64,000 bases of DNA, taken from UHGV virus genome UHGV-1370141, one strand, 5' to 3'. The DNA comes from a virus. The translations under genes were made by a program, and so were the position numbers. The first letter of the stretch is position 1, and each line of letters opens with the position of its first letter. This document shows, piece by piece, positions 1 through 9,909 of this stretch. A model generated the notes under the pieces. The model was not told the DNA's origin. It saw nothing but the letters and a program-made list of their open reading frames with translations, and did not search any database.

Positions 1-2676
1 TATTTAGAAGACGCTTTGAAACCTTACGTCTCGTATACCGAAGGGGGTGAAGCACAATTACGTGGCTTGTCTTCCGAGGACGTGAAGAAACTCGCAGAAG
101 GGTTCGGTGTAAACTTAGAAGAACGTGGTGAGATGTTAGCATTTACTGCGTTTATGCTACAACGTTTCGCACCGATTTACCTCCGTTGGATTTCAGCACT
201 GAAGTCTATGGATAACGATATCGCTTTGGCAGATGTCGGTGATCCGAAGAAAGTGTCGAAAGCGGATATGATTACCCTCTACAACAAAATGAAGATGGGT
301 AAAGATTCTGTGGAATTCCGTTCGTTGACTGACCCGCGTAAAGTTAACCAGGGTTGGTTCTCTAAAGCGTGGGATTTCGTTACCTTTACACCGGCAGAGT
401 TCTTGTCAGGGGAAGAGGTTGTCGAAGCACAGGAACGTGTGTGGCGGTCAATCAACATGCGTACCGACGACAAACGGAAACAACGTTCGGGTATGCGTGA
501 TGCCGTCGAAGGCCACAAAGTTGCGTCCGTTGCTGAAACCAGTCAGGTACTGGCGAATGCGGATGCTGAACGTAACGAGAAAGTTGCGAAGGTTGAAGGT
601 TGGGAAGACGGAACTGAACAGGTTCAAATCCAAGTTGACTGGCATTCGTTACCGAAGAAAAGCGATTTGGAAGACCTGGAATCGGTCAGGTGGAAAACCT
701 ACGGTGCGGTTACTATCAACCAAACAACGCGTAATCTTTTCACGCTGTTAGAGAAGAACGTGTTGAAAGACATTGATGTGAAGAACTGTACCTATAAAGG
801 CAACTGGAAAGAAGCCATTGCGGTTATCTCGCCTGACCTGATAGGTGGTCCTAAAGAGGAGCGTTGTAAGAACTGGTTCTACAACCGTTTCTTACCGGCG
901 TATATGACCTACGTCGTTGGTCTGAAACGTTACATTCCGCAAGCAGACCCTACCGAATTGAAAGTATCCGGTGGGTTCATGTACGAATTAGCGTTGATGA
1001 TTCGTGGCGCTTACAACATGAAGGGCGGTATTCGTCAGTCCGTGTGGGAGATTCCATTCAACCCGCTGGGTGAGGAAGCAAACACTGACGCAGGTTCTGT
1101 TGCTACTGAACTTGCCAACCTGAAAGAACTGTCAAAAGAACCTGACCTGGCTGTTCGTAACACCCTGCGCTCTACACCCGCAGCAGGAAAACGTGCGAAG
1201 TGGCAGAAAGCCGATCGTGCGACGAGAATGTATCAAACCGACGAAGATACCAAAGATCGTTTCAAAGGTGTCGTTGATTGGGGTACAGCGTCTAACGATG
1301 GGTACTTGCCAAACGGTGGGTCGTCTTACGGTACACCGGGCGATCTGACTCAAGTTGTGGGTGAGATGGGCATCAGCAATTACGCGAAGTTCTCTACGGG
1401 CCAATCCGGGATTAAACTCGGGGACGTCAAAGAAGGTGATTACAAAACCTTGGCTGAGAAGTATCCAATCAGCAAACTGGGTGATGGTAAATCACCTAAC
1501 GTAGAAGGCGTTAAAGCGATGATTGCGGATGTCGCAAATACCTTAGGTGTTCCGCCTGCGGTCGCGATTGCGATGGCGAAAGCCGAATCTGATTTCAAAT
1601 ACGGTGTCAAGAACCCAGGTGCGTCAGCAGCAGGGTTGTTCCAGTTCATTGACAAAACGTGGTCTGGAATGATGAAAGGGTATTCTCGTCGGTACGGTAT
1701 ACCGCAAGTAAACCAGTATGACCCGTGGGCAAATACCATCCTCGGGGTACAGTTTATTCGTGACAATATCATGCAGGCGCAGAAAGACTTGGGTGGTGTA
1801 GAACCGCCTCCGGCTGTTGCGTATCTGTATCACTTCTTGGGTCCAGGCGGTGGTAAGAAGTTCCTTAATGCGTGGCGTCAGAATCCGAACATGCCAGCCG
1901 ACAAAGCAGAAGGCATTACTCCTCAAATCCTTAGAGGTAATAAGGGGGTCTTCTACGAAATGCGTGGCAAACAGATTGTTCGTATTCGTACTGTTGGCGA
2001 AGTTATTAATGAACTGAACCGCCGTATGGGTGCTGTGGCGACAAACGAAATTGCGGCTAACCCAGCTTCAACGAAAGACATGGTGAAAGGGCTAACGCCT
2101 GCGGTTGCCTCCTCTCCGGCGGTAGCAGCAGGGGCAGCTAACGATCCATCAATTTCTGGAGCGACGGATAACTTGCCTGCGTCCAATGCGGCGCGTCGTG
2201 ACGATGCGTTAGCAGAGAAAGGTGCAATGAGTGCAGACAACGTCAAAGCCGCAACCAGTGGTGGTCCGGCAGTACCGTCACCTGGCGGTAGTAGTGCAGG
2301 CGGCGACGCCTCTATGATTGGGGAGACCGTTGCAGCCGGAGCCAGAAACGAAGGGTTGCCTGAAGAAGATGTCGAGAAGGTGAAAGAAGGTGCTATGCAG
2401 CGCGTAGCAGCGACGAGTAAACCGGCACCTGCGGTTACTTCTGATGCACAAAACGGGCCTACACTCAGTAATGGTGATCCGATTAGTGTTCAGCAGTTGG
2501 CTGTTGCGAAAGAATCGGCGGGCTATCTCAAAGAGATTGTCACGATCCTTAAACAACGCCCGCAGCCGGTTCAAAACACTGTATCGTCTAAACCTACGGC
2601 ACCAGCAGGTTCAGCATCACGACAAATGTCCGTTGAACAGCCAGCACGACAGCTTAACGTTAGACGTGCAGGTTAA
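1..2676 (+). CDS. Large virion-associated protein with lytic transglycosylase (SLT) domain; 5' end lies outside the window
   Basis: Frame open to position 1 (listed ORF begins at a TTG at 16). SLT-type motif AESDFKYGVKNPGASAAGLFQFIDKTW (E-S...A-G-L-x-Q...TW). C-terminal about 200 aa is A/G/S/P-rich low complexity. Followed by a hairpin. Confidence 0.7.
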   Translation, partial: YLEDALKPYVSYTEGGEAQLRGLSSEDVKKLAEGFGVNLEERGEMLAFTAFMLQRFAPIYLRWISALKSMDNDIALADVGDPKKVSKADMITLYNKMKMGKDSVEFRSLTDPRKVNQGWFSKAWDFVTFTPAEFLSGEEVVEAQERVWRSINMRTDDKRKQRSGMRDAVEGHKVASVAETSQVLANADAERNEKVAKVEGWEDGTEQVQIQVDWHSLPKKSDLEDLESVRWKTYGAVTINQTTRNLFTLLEKNVLKDIDVKNCTYKGNWKEAIAVISPDLIGGPKEERCKNWFYNRFLPAYMTYVVGLKRYIPQADPTELKVSGGFMYELALMIRGAYNMKGGIRQSVWEIPFNPLGEEANTDAGSVATELANLKELSKEPDLAVRNTLRSTPAAGKRAKWQKADRATRMYQTDEDTKDRFKGVVDWGTASNDGYLPNGGSSYGTPGDLTQVVGEMGISNYAKFSTGQSGIKLGDVKEGDYKTLAEKYPISKLGDGKSPNVEGVKAMIADVANTLGVPPAVAIAMAKAESDFKYGVKNPGASAAGLFQFIDKTWSGMMKGYSRRYGIPQVNQYDPWANTILGVQFIRDNIMQAQKDLGGVEPPPAVAYLYHFLGPGGGKKFLNAWRQNPNMPADKAEGITPQILRGNKGVFYEMRGKQIVRIRTVGEVINELNRRMGAVATNEIAANPASTKDMVKGLTPAVASSPAVAAGAANDPSISGATDNLPASNAARRDDALAEKGAMSADNVKAATSGGPAVPSPGGSSAGGDASMIGETVAAGARNEGLPEEDVEKVKEGAMQRVAATSKPAPAVTSDAQNGPTLSNGDPISVQQLAVAKESAGYLKEIVTILKQRPQPVQNTVSSKPTAPAGSASRQMSVEQPARQLNVRRAG

Positions 2677-2683
2677 TACATAC

Positions 2684-2708
2684 GGGGGTGGGAAACCACC
2701 CCCATCTT
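2684..2708 (+). terminator. Hairpin (GGGGGTGGG-aaa-CCACCCCC) after the SLT protein gene; weak T-tract
   Basis: Perfect 8-9 bp GC-rich inverted repeat directly after the stop at 2676; approximate coordinates. Confidence 0.4.
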
Positions 2709-2721
2709 AAAGAGGTAGAAA

Positions 2722-4923
2722 GTGGACGCTAGAACAGTTAACGACTCAAGCTGGGTCAAAAACCTATTTAATGGCGCAGTCGATGGCCGAGATGAACGTT
2801 TCCTGGCCTTGCGCCGCTATTCCGGTGGTATGATGTCGTTTGAAGACACCACAGTTGGTGGTAGTAAAGCGATTAACACACCGCCCCAGTTTACACTTTT
2901 TGCAGACCCTTCCTCAACAGGCGCGTTTGCACAACCCGACGCGACTAAGAGCGGTACCGAGTCCCTTTATAATTCCTCAGCCGCAGGGTCTTATCGCTTA
3001 GGGACGTATTACTACGAAAGTATCAGCCAGAACTCATTTTACGTTCATTGCCGTTTCGGTAAACCGAAGTATCTGGGTATGGCTTCGTTCTTTGCGAACA
3101 TGTACGACTCTAACCTGGCGTATCTTGCACGTACAGGTGACTATCCAGGAATTATTCGAACAGCGGCATCGTATATCGGTGCGGCTGCTATTTGGGCGAC
3201 GGTGGGTACTGTGGCATTCGCGGTGATTCTGATTACACCGAGGATTCTTTCGGCAGCGCTGAATAAAGAAACGTCAAGATACTATTACGTTAAGCCCACA
3301 ATGCATCTGTACTTACGTGCAGTGCAAAACATCCTGAACACCCAGCTAATTTATCGTCGTTTAGTACCAACGGGTGTGTTAGGGACTTTTGCGTTGGGTT
3401 ACGATACCGAAAGTAAAGAAAATAGTTACCATAAAGATCGTAAAGAGTGGTATGAATCTTTGCCCGAAGTCTGGAAAGCGAACGGTGAGTTTGACATTTA
3501 CCGAATGATTAACCGTTACCAGACCTTGGCGAACTACCAGGCTAAAACTATCGACGCGATTCGTGTAGAATCCGGTGACGATGAAGAATTGTTTGCCAGT
3601 CGCTTACGTGCGTTTTACTATAATGCTACTTACAGCGATAACGTACGTCTAAAAGCAGAACAGTTCGAAGTCTCACTATACAACTTGGAAAAAGTTGCCA
3701 GAAGTGAAAAGGGGGGTTACGCTTCTCCGATACAGGATATTGACAGCCAGGAAGACGAACTCATCGGACAGATGAGTAATAGCCTGGTGGTGGGTGGTAC
3801 CGCTAATGAACTGCAAGAGCAAGCTGCACAAATCCAGTCAGAGCAGGAAAAAACCCGTCAGGCTATGGAGAAACGTGCGGCAGCTGCTAAGCAGTTGAAC
3901 TCTACGTTGGATGAAAAGAACCCGGAGGATCTTACTGAGGGCGATATTGTCGAAGTTCAAGATTGGATGAACAAAGGTAAAGATGAATCCAAAGTAGGAA
4001 CGTTCTTTAAAGAGTTTACCGATATGGTTGCGGATGTTGGCGATAACGTCCTGTCAGAGATTAAGAACGGTTCACAATGGGTTACTTGGCGTATTGACGG
4101 TAAAGACACCGTTTCGCGTTCGTTCTCTAACTCCACGAAAGAACCTGAGATTTCCGGGATGGTAAACTCCGCAACAGCAAAAGCGCGTTCGTTGGAGGTT
4201 AACCTGTCGGGTGGACAAACCGGTTTTAGTGCGGTCGATGCTTTAGTTTCCGGTATTAAGTCAGCGATGCGAGGCGTTGCAGACACCCTACATTTGACAG
4301 GGATAATGTCGTTGTACAACTCCTCGGTGATAGACTTCCCAGAAGTCTGGGATAGTTCTGACGCATCAGGAGACGACATTACTTTAACCATTCCTTTACG
4401 TTGTTGGTCGGGTAACGACCTGGATATTTTCCAGGATTTGTTAGTTCCGCTTTCGTTTTGGATTGCAGCAGTGTGTCCTCTGGCTACAGGTAAACAATCT
4501 TTTACTCACCCGTTCTATTTAGAGTGTTATTCACAAGGACGTTTTTCTTTCCGTAACGCGATGGTGACGTCGATGTCGTTACAGTTCGGTGTGGGTGGTT
4601 TAGGTTGGCGGCCAGGTGATTCCGTCCCACTGTCTTGCGACATCTCTGTTACTATTCGTGATTTGACTCGCGTTATGTACATGCCCATTGTTACTGACAC
4701 AGGTGTGTGGGATGATGATAACAAATTCAGTGAATTTATGGCGTGTTTAGGTGGTGCTACGTTGTACGAACGTACTAACGGTATTGCGCGTGCCAAGATT
4801 AATGCGAGCATCTGGGCACAAAACTGGGCATCTGCATGGTCACAGGGTAGTTTTATTAACTCGGCACTGGATGTTATCCCAGCACGCCAGATCGCGAACA
4901 TCTTCCTGCCGCAAGCACGTTAA
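2722..4923 (+). CDS. Hypothetical virion protein (733 aa) with an internal hydrophobic segment
   Basis: Long ORF, probable GTG start preceded by AGAGG; hydrophobic stretch AASYIGAAAIWATVGTVAFAVILI; same strand and tight spacing with the SLT gene. Confidence 0.5.
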   Translation: MDARTVNDSSWVKNLFNGAVDGRDERFLALRRYSGGMMSFEDTTVGGSKAINTPPQFTLFADPSSTGAFAQPDATKSGTESLYNSSAAGSYRLGTYYYESISQNSFYVHCRFGKPKYLGMASFFANMYDSNLAYLARTGDYPGIIRTAASYIGAAAIWATVGTVAFAVILITPRILSAALNKETSRYYYVKPTMHLYLRAVQNILNTQLIYRRLVPTGVLGTFALGYDTESKENSYHKDRKEWYESLPEVWKANGEFDIYRMINRYQTLANYQAKTIDAIRVESGDDEELFASRLRAFYYNATYSDNVRLKAEQFEVSLYNLEKVARSEKGGYASPIQDIDSQEDELIGQMSNSLVVGGTANELQEQAAQIQSEQEKTRQAMEKRAAAAKQLNSTLDEKNPEDLTEGDIVEVQDWMNKGKDESKVGTFFKEFTDMVADVGDNVLSEIKNGSQWVTWRIDGKDTVSRSFSNSTKEPEISGMVNSATAKARSLEVNLSGGQTGFSAVDALVSGIKSAMRGVADTLHLTGIMSLYNSSVIDFPEVWDSSDASGDDITLTIPLRCWSGNDLDIFQDLLVPLSFWIAAVCPLATGKQSFTHPFYLECYSQGRFSFRNAMVTSMSLQFGVGGLGWRPGDSVPLSCDISVTIRDLTRVMYMPIVTDTGVWDDDNKFSEFMACLGGATLYERTNGIARAKINASIWAQNWASAWSQGSFINSALDVIPARQIANIFLPQAR

Positions 4924-4939
4924 TGTTTGAGAGGAAATA

Positions 4940-5503
4940 ATGGCTAATACGCTATTAGGTAAATCAGGAAAACAACTGGTTTATGAGTTATTAGTAAAAA
5001 AGAATCCAGGTTTGGTAGAGAAAGGTATTACAATCGATAAATTGAATTTCGGCACGCCGTCACATATTCCTGCGGTAGAAACACCAGAAACTCAATTTAC
5101 GCGATTAAATACTCAACTTAGCGTCCAGGGTATCATCGAGCAGAAAACATTTGGTAAAATTGACGTTATTTATCGTCGGTTGGATTTAGAGCACCTGTTA
5201 GGTGACTTTGTAGTTTCTGTTGCGGGTGTTAATGCGGCTACGGTATCTGAGGTACTACAGCTTTTTCGCACTAAGTACAATTTGCAGATTACGGATGACG
5301 AAGTTGAGAACCCAACAGCTGCACCAGACAGCAGAGATAAAACCATCATTATCATGAACGGGAGATCTTTGGCTTGGACAGGTCAGTTGGAAGTGTACTT
5401 AACTGAACTGCCATCTGACGGTAAGGATATTTCGAAGCTGATTAAAGTTACCGAACTTGACGGTTTGACGTATATCTCTTCTGGAATTGTTCCTGGCGCT
5501 TAA
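4940..5503 (+). CDS. Hypothetical protein (187 aa)
   Basis: ORF starts 17 nt after the preceding stop; last gene before a bidirectional terminator. Confidence 0.5.
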   Translation: MANTLLGKSGKQLVYELLVKKNPGLVEKGITIDKLNFGTPSHIPAVETPETQFTRLNTQLSVQGIIEQKTFGKIDVIYRRLDLEHLLGDFVVSVAGVNAATVSEVLQLFRTKYNLQITDDEVENPTAAPDSRDKTIIIMNGRSLAWTGQLEVYLTELPSDGKDISKLIKVTELDGLTYISSGIVPGA

Positions 5504-5567
5504 AAAAAGAAAAAAAATAAGAAAGTTAACCTACCTCCTTTCGGAGGTAGGTACTTTTATTTATTTC
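5504..5567. terminator. Bidirectional rho-independent terminator (CCTACCTCC-tttc-GGAGGTAGG flanked by A-tract and T-tract)
   Basis: Perfect 9 bp stem with A-rich 5' flank and TACTTTTATTTATTT 3' flank, between convergent genes ending at 5503 (+) and 5561 (-). Confidence 0.6.
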
Positions 5568-6391
5568 GCCAAATCTGCTTCTTTTACAAAAATACCGTCA
5601 GCGTTCAGATAGCCTTTACGGTCTTTGATTTCGTGCCAGGCTAAAGAGAAGCAATGGCGAATGTCAAGACGATAGTAGAGAGCCAGTTTTGCAAGACGGT
5701 ACAAAGCCCAGTTAAGCTGATCGAAACCAGCATCGGAGCGAATAAATGCGGTAGCGAAGATTTCGGTAGCGTGGAGATACAGATGGTGCGGATACCCGTT
5801 GTCATCAAAATGTTCTTCAACGTCAGCGACATCATCCACCTGTAGCTGTAAACCGTGCTCGATGATCTCGGTGGTTGACATTTCTCCAGACAGTTTGTCT
5901 TTACCCAGTTCCAGGATGTTTACCAGAACCACTAACGCATCACCGATACCATCCATGATCAGTTCAGGTTTGTTTTTACTGATACCTGTTGCGATTTCAC
6001 CAAACTCTTCAAAGAATTTCGTGATTTGGGTTTCCAGTTTACCGTTATCGAGGATGCCGCGTTCTTTAGACCAGCCTTTAACATGTTCTGCACAGTTCGC
6101 AATAGAATAGACCGGAACCGATACGGTGTGCATTACTGTACCGTTATATTCGGCACCTGTAAGTTTAAGCGGCGCTTCAATCGTTTCGATGTCCAGTTCC
6201 TGATTACCGGTGTGGCGTTTACCTTCTACGCGAACACGGTTAGTACCAGGATTTACCCCGATGGTGTAGATAGCATCAAACTGAATCGCTTTCTCGTCCA
6301 TAGCGCGTAGTTGTGTGTTAACTTCGTCCAGGAAGTTACCTGGGTTAAGAACGATGTTGTAGATAGCGTTGATGTTAAAACGTTCGCCCAT
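5561..6391 (-). CDS. MazG-like (all-alpha NTP pyrophosphohydrolase) candidate
   Basis: Motif FFEEFGEIATG...PELIMDGIGDALVVLVNILEL resembles the MazG EExxE...ExxD signature; assignment from memory of the family only. Confidence 0.4.
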   Translation of the reverse strand: MGERFNINAIYNIVLNPGNFLDEVNTQLRAMDEKAIQFDAIYTIGVNPGTNRVRVEGKRHTGNQELDIETIEAPLKLTGAEYNGTVMHTVSVPVYSIANCAEHVKGWSKERGILDNGKLETQITKFFEEFGEIATGISKNKPELIMDGIGDALVVLVNILELGKDKLSGEMSTTEIIEHGLQLQVDDVADVEEHFDDNGYPHHLYLHATEIFATAFIRSDAGFDQLNWALYRLAKLALYYRLDIRHCFSLAWHEIKDRKGYLNADGIFVKEADLAK

Positions 6392-6602
6392 TTTAAAACT
6401 CCATTAGATTAAACAAAAAAAGAATAAAGATTAGGGGTGCTACATAAGCACCCCGTGAACTGTTAAATTTTGCAAGCCCCGCCTGAGCAGTTATCGTCTT
6501 CCGTAGTTGGGTCAGCACCCTTCTCTACGGTAGCTTCCGGGTCTAAGCCAGGGATTGCAAATTCGTCAGTTTCTTTAACGGTTTCTACTTTAACTTCTTC
6601 AG

Positions 6603-6827
6603 TCATTTTTTAGTTTCCAAATTTCTTACAAAGGGGTTAATAGTTTTGATTTTAAGGTTAGCGAACGGCGACAGAAGTTTCACCATCGGTGCTAGACCTG
6701 GCGGCGTCTCTTTATATCGCACGATGCGCACTTTCGATTTACCAGGACCCTTACGTACACGGTTGTAGCCAATAAAATATAGAGCACCTGTAAAGAATCT
6801 CAGGCTGTGAAATCGTGGTTTTTTCAT
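6603..6827 (-). CDS. Small basic hypothetical protein (74 aa)
   Basis: ORF in co-directional - strand block; very K/R-rich; no recognisable motif. Confidence 0.3.
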   Translation of the reverse strand: MKKPRFHSLRFFTGALYFIGYNRVRKGPGKSKVRIVRYKETPPGLAPMVKLLSPFANLKIKTINPFVRNLETKK

Positions 6828-6997
6828 CAGACATCCCCAAAAGCCAGAAAGCGTTTACGACCCTTGTGTGGTCCTTTACGCCAGCGACTAGCGATAGTTT
6901 TACGATTTACTTTGCAACGGATTCTCTTATTCAGATTGATATACTTTATAGTAACTTTAATGACATCATTCGTCATAAAGAATTCCCTCATCATTAA

Positions 6998-7444
6998 TTA
7001 ACCCATTAAATGGATTACAACGTCTTTAGTTACTGAGTTTGCAAGTAAGCGGAAGAACTTCATGTAACGGAACATGCTAAAGAAAACCCCAGCGTCATCT
7101 ACAATGACAAGGCTGTATTTTTCCTTTTCTGTACCCATTTGGTAACCGCTGATTTGTGTGATGTTTTCCGGTAAGTCTTCGAGACCCAAACGGAATAGCA
7201 CATCGTCCTCTAAGAACCCTTTTGGGCTAACGAACAACACTTTCCCTTTATGGTTCTTAGCTAACTCGACACCAAAGTCTGTAAGCCCCATCTGCCTACC
7301 TGTACCGTAGCGGATAGTACGAAATTCAGATAAGGCATTGGGACCATAACGATCGGTAAACGGATTATCTTTAGAATCCAGATCGGTTAAACCTTTTGAT
7401 AATTCTTCTACTACGATGTTATAGTTAACATGAGTTTTAGACAT
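6998..7444 (-). CDS. Hypothetical protein (148 aa)
   Basis: ORF in - strand block, 30 nt upstream of thyA. Confidence 0.4.
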   Translation of the reverse strand: MSKTHVNYNIVVEELSKGLTDLDSKDNPFTDRYGPNALSEFRTIRYGTGRQMGLTDFGVELAKNHKGKVLFVSPKGFLEDDVLFRLGLEDLPENITQISGYQMGTEKEKYSLVIVDDAGVFFSMFRYMKFFRLLANSVTKDVVIHLMG

Positions 7445-7474
7445 TTTATCATACCTTTTTAATTAGGTGGTAAT

Positions 7475-8515
7475 TTATACTGCGACGGGGGCCGCAATAT
7501 GTGGATGAGCTTGATAACCAACTAATTCGAAGTCTTCGTATTTGTAATCGAAGATAGAATCCGGTTTACGTTTGATAACCAGTTTAGGTAACGGGTAAGG
7601 CTCACGTGTAAGTTGAAGTTTTGCTTGTTCCAGATGGTTAGAATACAGATGAACGTCTACACCACTATAAACCAACTCGTCTGGAACCATGTTCAGTTGT
7701 TGAGCAACGATGTATGTTAACAACGCGTACGAAGCGATGTTGAACGGTAAACCTAAGAATACGTCGTTTGATCGCATCAGGAAGAAACACGAAAGCTTAC
7801 GACGCGGAATACCTTCACGATCTAAAGTTTCATGAAGTCGTTCTTCATCATCAATATCTTCGTGTTTAATAAGCGGTGCGCTCGCAAATTTTTCCGGTTC
7901 GTTTACTTCGTACCATTCCAGTCTCTCAAGCAGTGACATTTCCGTTGTGTAGAATTGGAAGTAGTTGTGACACGGGTTAAGTGCCATATCGTCCAAGTCA
8001 CTTACGTTCCAGGCACTAACAATAATACGGCGGGAGTCAGGGTCTTCGAGAAGTTGTTGGATAACTTTGCTGATCTGGTCGTGAGATTTGCGATAAATAA
8101 CGATACTTTCTTCAGGGTTGTCCTTTGCAATAGTACCAACGTAGCGATAGCCTCGTTCTCTCAATACGTCTTTACTACGCTCGTCCCAAAGATAAACCAG
8201 TTTGGTATCCATCCATTCCCGCCACTGGTGTCCGTAGACAGGTCCTAATTCCCCTTCCGCATTCGCCCACTCGTTCCAGATTCTTACCCCATTCTCTTGC
8301 AGGTACTTCACGTTAGTGTCACCGTTCAAGAACCATAACAGTTCATGAATGATACTTTTCAGGTGAACCTTTTTCGTAGTAACTAATGGGAAACCTTCTT
8401 TCAGGTCAAAACGTAGTTGGCGACCAAATACAGAAAGTGTCCCTACACCTGTACGGTCTTTCTTAACAACGCCGTTATCCAGAATGTCTTGCATTAACGC
8501 TAAATACTGTTTCAT
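7475..8515 (-). CDS. thyA: Thymidylate synthase (ThyA type) with two insertions
   Basis: Near-identical blocks to E. coli ThyA: [87 protein letters not shown]. 346 aa versus 264 aa. Confidence 0.93.
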   Translation of the reverse strand: MKQYLALMQDILDNGVVKKDRTGVGTLSVFGRQLRFDLKEGFPLVTTKKVHLKSIIHELLWFLNGDTNVKYLQENGVRIWNEWANAEGELGPVYGHQWREWMDTKLVYLWDERSKDVLRERGYRYVGTIAKDNPEESIVIYRKSHDQISKVIQQLLEDPDSRRIIVSAWNVSDLDDMALNPCHNYFQFYTTEMSLLERLEWYEVNEPEKFASAPLIKHEDIDDEERLHETLDREGIPRRKLSCFFLMRSNDVFLGLPFNIASYALLTYIVAQQLNMVPDELVYSGVDVHLYSNHLEQAKLQLTREPYPLPKLVIKRKPDSIFDYKYEDFELVGYQAHPHIAAPVAV

Positions 8516-8823
8516 TAGATTTTGTCCTTTTCGAGTTCAGTTAAAATTTCAAATAGGTCTGCGTTGGATTGCAGTACGACTTCACTGCCTTCTGCTACAA
8601 CGGTAATTGAAGGCTTCTTACCACGTAGCAAGAACTCCCAACGCATTGTTCTTACGTGGCTGTCGAGTAACTGCTTTAATTTGTGGTTAACTTCGACTTC
8701 CAATTTGCCCAGTAACTGTGGTGTAATAGCTTCGCCTGAGTTTTTGTTATAAAGCGTACGCACTAAAGAACGTAAAGAATAGCCAATGCATTGCGAAATT
8801 GCCCAACCCGAATAGTTTTCCAT
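8515..8823 (-). CDS. Hypothetical protein (102 aa)
   Basis: ORF whose stop overlaps the thyA start (TAATG-type junction). Confidence 0.4.
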   Translation of the reverse strand: MENYSGWAISQCIGYSLRSLVRTLYNKNSGEAITPQLLGKLEVEVNHKLKQLLDSHVRTMRWEFLLRGKKPSITVVAEGSEVVLQSNADLFEILTELEKDKI

Positions 8824-8824
8824 G

Positions 8825-9370
8825 TTAATCCTTCAAAATGTCTTTAAGCTTTAGTTTTGTATAGAACGGAGAACCGCTTAGTTCTTCTGTCCAACTTATA
8901 CGTCCGTTCTGTAGAACCCGGTCGAAGATTAGGCCGTACATCTTTACAATTCTGGCCAATTGATAAAAGAGCGTCGTGAGGTGTAACCGACGCTCCATTT
9001 GTGCACGGGCGGTACAACTGCGCACCGCTTTGATAGCAAGTACCGCTTCTGGCATCAACGTAAGCGCGATTGACTCAGGATGTTCATTTTTCCATTTCTT
9101 AATGGCTAGTAGTCGGTGTAAAGATTTTTCAAGGGGACGTAAATCCCCGTTATTCATCACGTAAACCAAAGCAGCAATATCCCACAAGGCAATACCTACT
9201 GCTTTAGCAACAAACAACCCGTCCTGTGTTGTCGTGGACTCACAGACTTTGCCAATACTTCCGTAAACACGTGCAGTCCATGCGTCTGTCTGTTCGCCAG
9301 GTTTTATACCCGCGTTATCCAGAAAGTGTTTAAACGCATTAACATGATCAGTTAACTGTATTTGTTTCAT
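8825..9370 (-). CDS. Hypothetical protein (181 aa)
   Basis: ORF tightly packed with neighbours on - strand. Confidence 0.4.
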   Translation of the reverse strand: MKQIQLTDHVNAFKHFLDNAGIKPGEQTDAWTARVYGSIGKVCESTTTQDGLFVAKAVGIALWDIAALVYVMNNGDLRPLEKSLHRLLAIKKWKNEHPESIALTLMPEAVLAIKAVRSCTARAQMERRLHLTTLFYQLARIVKMYGLIFDRVLQNGRISWTEELSGSPFYTKLKLKDILKD

Positions 9371-9384
9371 TTCCGATACCCGAT

Positions 9385-9849
9385 TTAGTCACGAGACTTT
9401 ATTTTAAGGTACGCAACCGCAGCTCCCATGATTGCAATACCGGCACCCCAACCTATCCTTTCTATTACACTCATATCGTCCCATCTTTTCTCTTCGTTAC
9501 GTCGTTTGGCCTCGTCTGCCCGTTCTCTCCACATCGCTTCGCGTTCCAGACAGCTGGGATTTATTTCCTCTTCACAACGACGTTTCCGTTCTTCTTCCCC
9601 AATCAGTTCTTCTAAATAGAGTCTCGTTTCTTCCACAGCTTGCTCATAGACGTCTATGCGATCGGGAAGAATTCTCCTGTGAGAGGCTTTGTTGCGAACG
9701 GAAGCAATCATGTGGAGTTTCCGTTCGTATTTTGGTTCGAGAAGATAGGCTATGCTTTTGGTCTTCTCATGAAGTCCACGACCAGTACCGCCGAGTTTTT
9801 CCACAAGTTCTTCTACAGAAATTGCAAGATCGAGAATATATCCACGCAT
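9385..9849 (-). CDS. Hypothetical protein with R-x4-H (HEPN-like) motif, charged coiled-coil region and C-terminal TM anchor
   Basis: Start moved to internal Met (MRGYILDL) to avoid overlap with the upstream gene; motif ASVRNKASHR; C-terminal IGWGAGIAIMGAAVAYL hydrophobic helix. Confidence 0.35.
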   Translation of the reverse strand: MRGYILDLAISVEELVEKLGGTGRGLHEKTKSIAYLLEPKYERKLHMIASVRNKASHRRILPDRIDVYEQAVEETRLYLEELIGEEERKRRCEEEINPSCLEREAMWRERADEAKRRNEEKRWDDMSVIERIGWGAGIAIMGAAVAYLKIKSRD

Positions 9850-9909
9850 AATTGTTTCTCCGCTTAAACGCAGTCTTGGGAGACATAAGTTTGTTCCCAA
9901 CTGTAAAAA

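Noticed and set aside
279-2710. Multiple 60-110 aa ORFs on both strands inside the SLT protein gene (e.g. 279..518, 419..751, 1132..1404, 1953..2246, 2444..2710)
   Set aside because: All are embedded in or antisense to a long, motif-supported CDS; their composition looks like frame-shifted shadows of the real gene. Treated as spurious.
6392-6602. tRNA gene in the non-coding gaps (6392-6602, 34287-34605, 44847-45231, 46198-46396)
   Set aside because: I could not fold a convincing cloverleaf by eye; the hairpins present look like terminators. A tRNA cannot be excluded without a tRNA-scanning tool.
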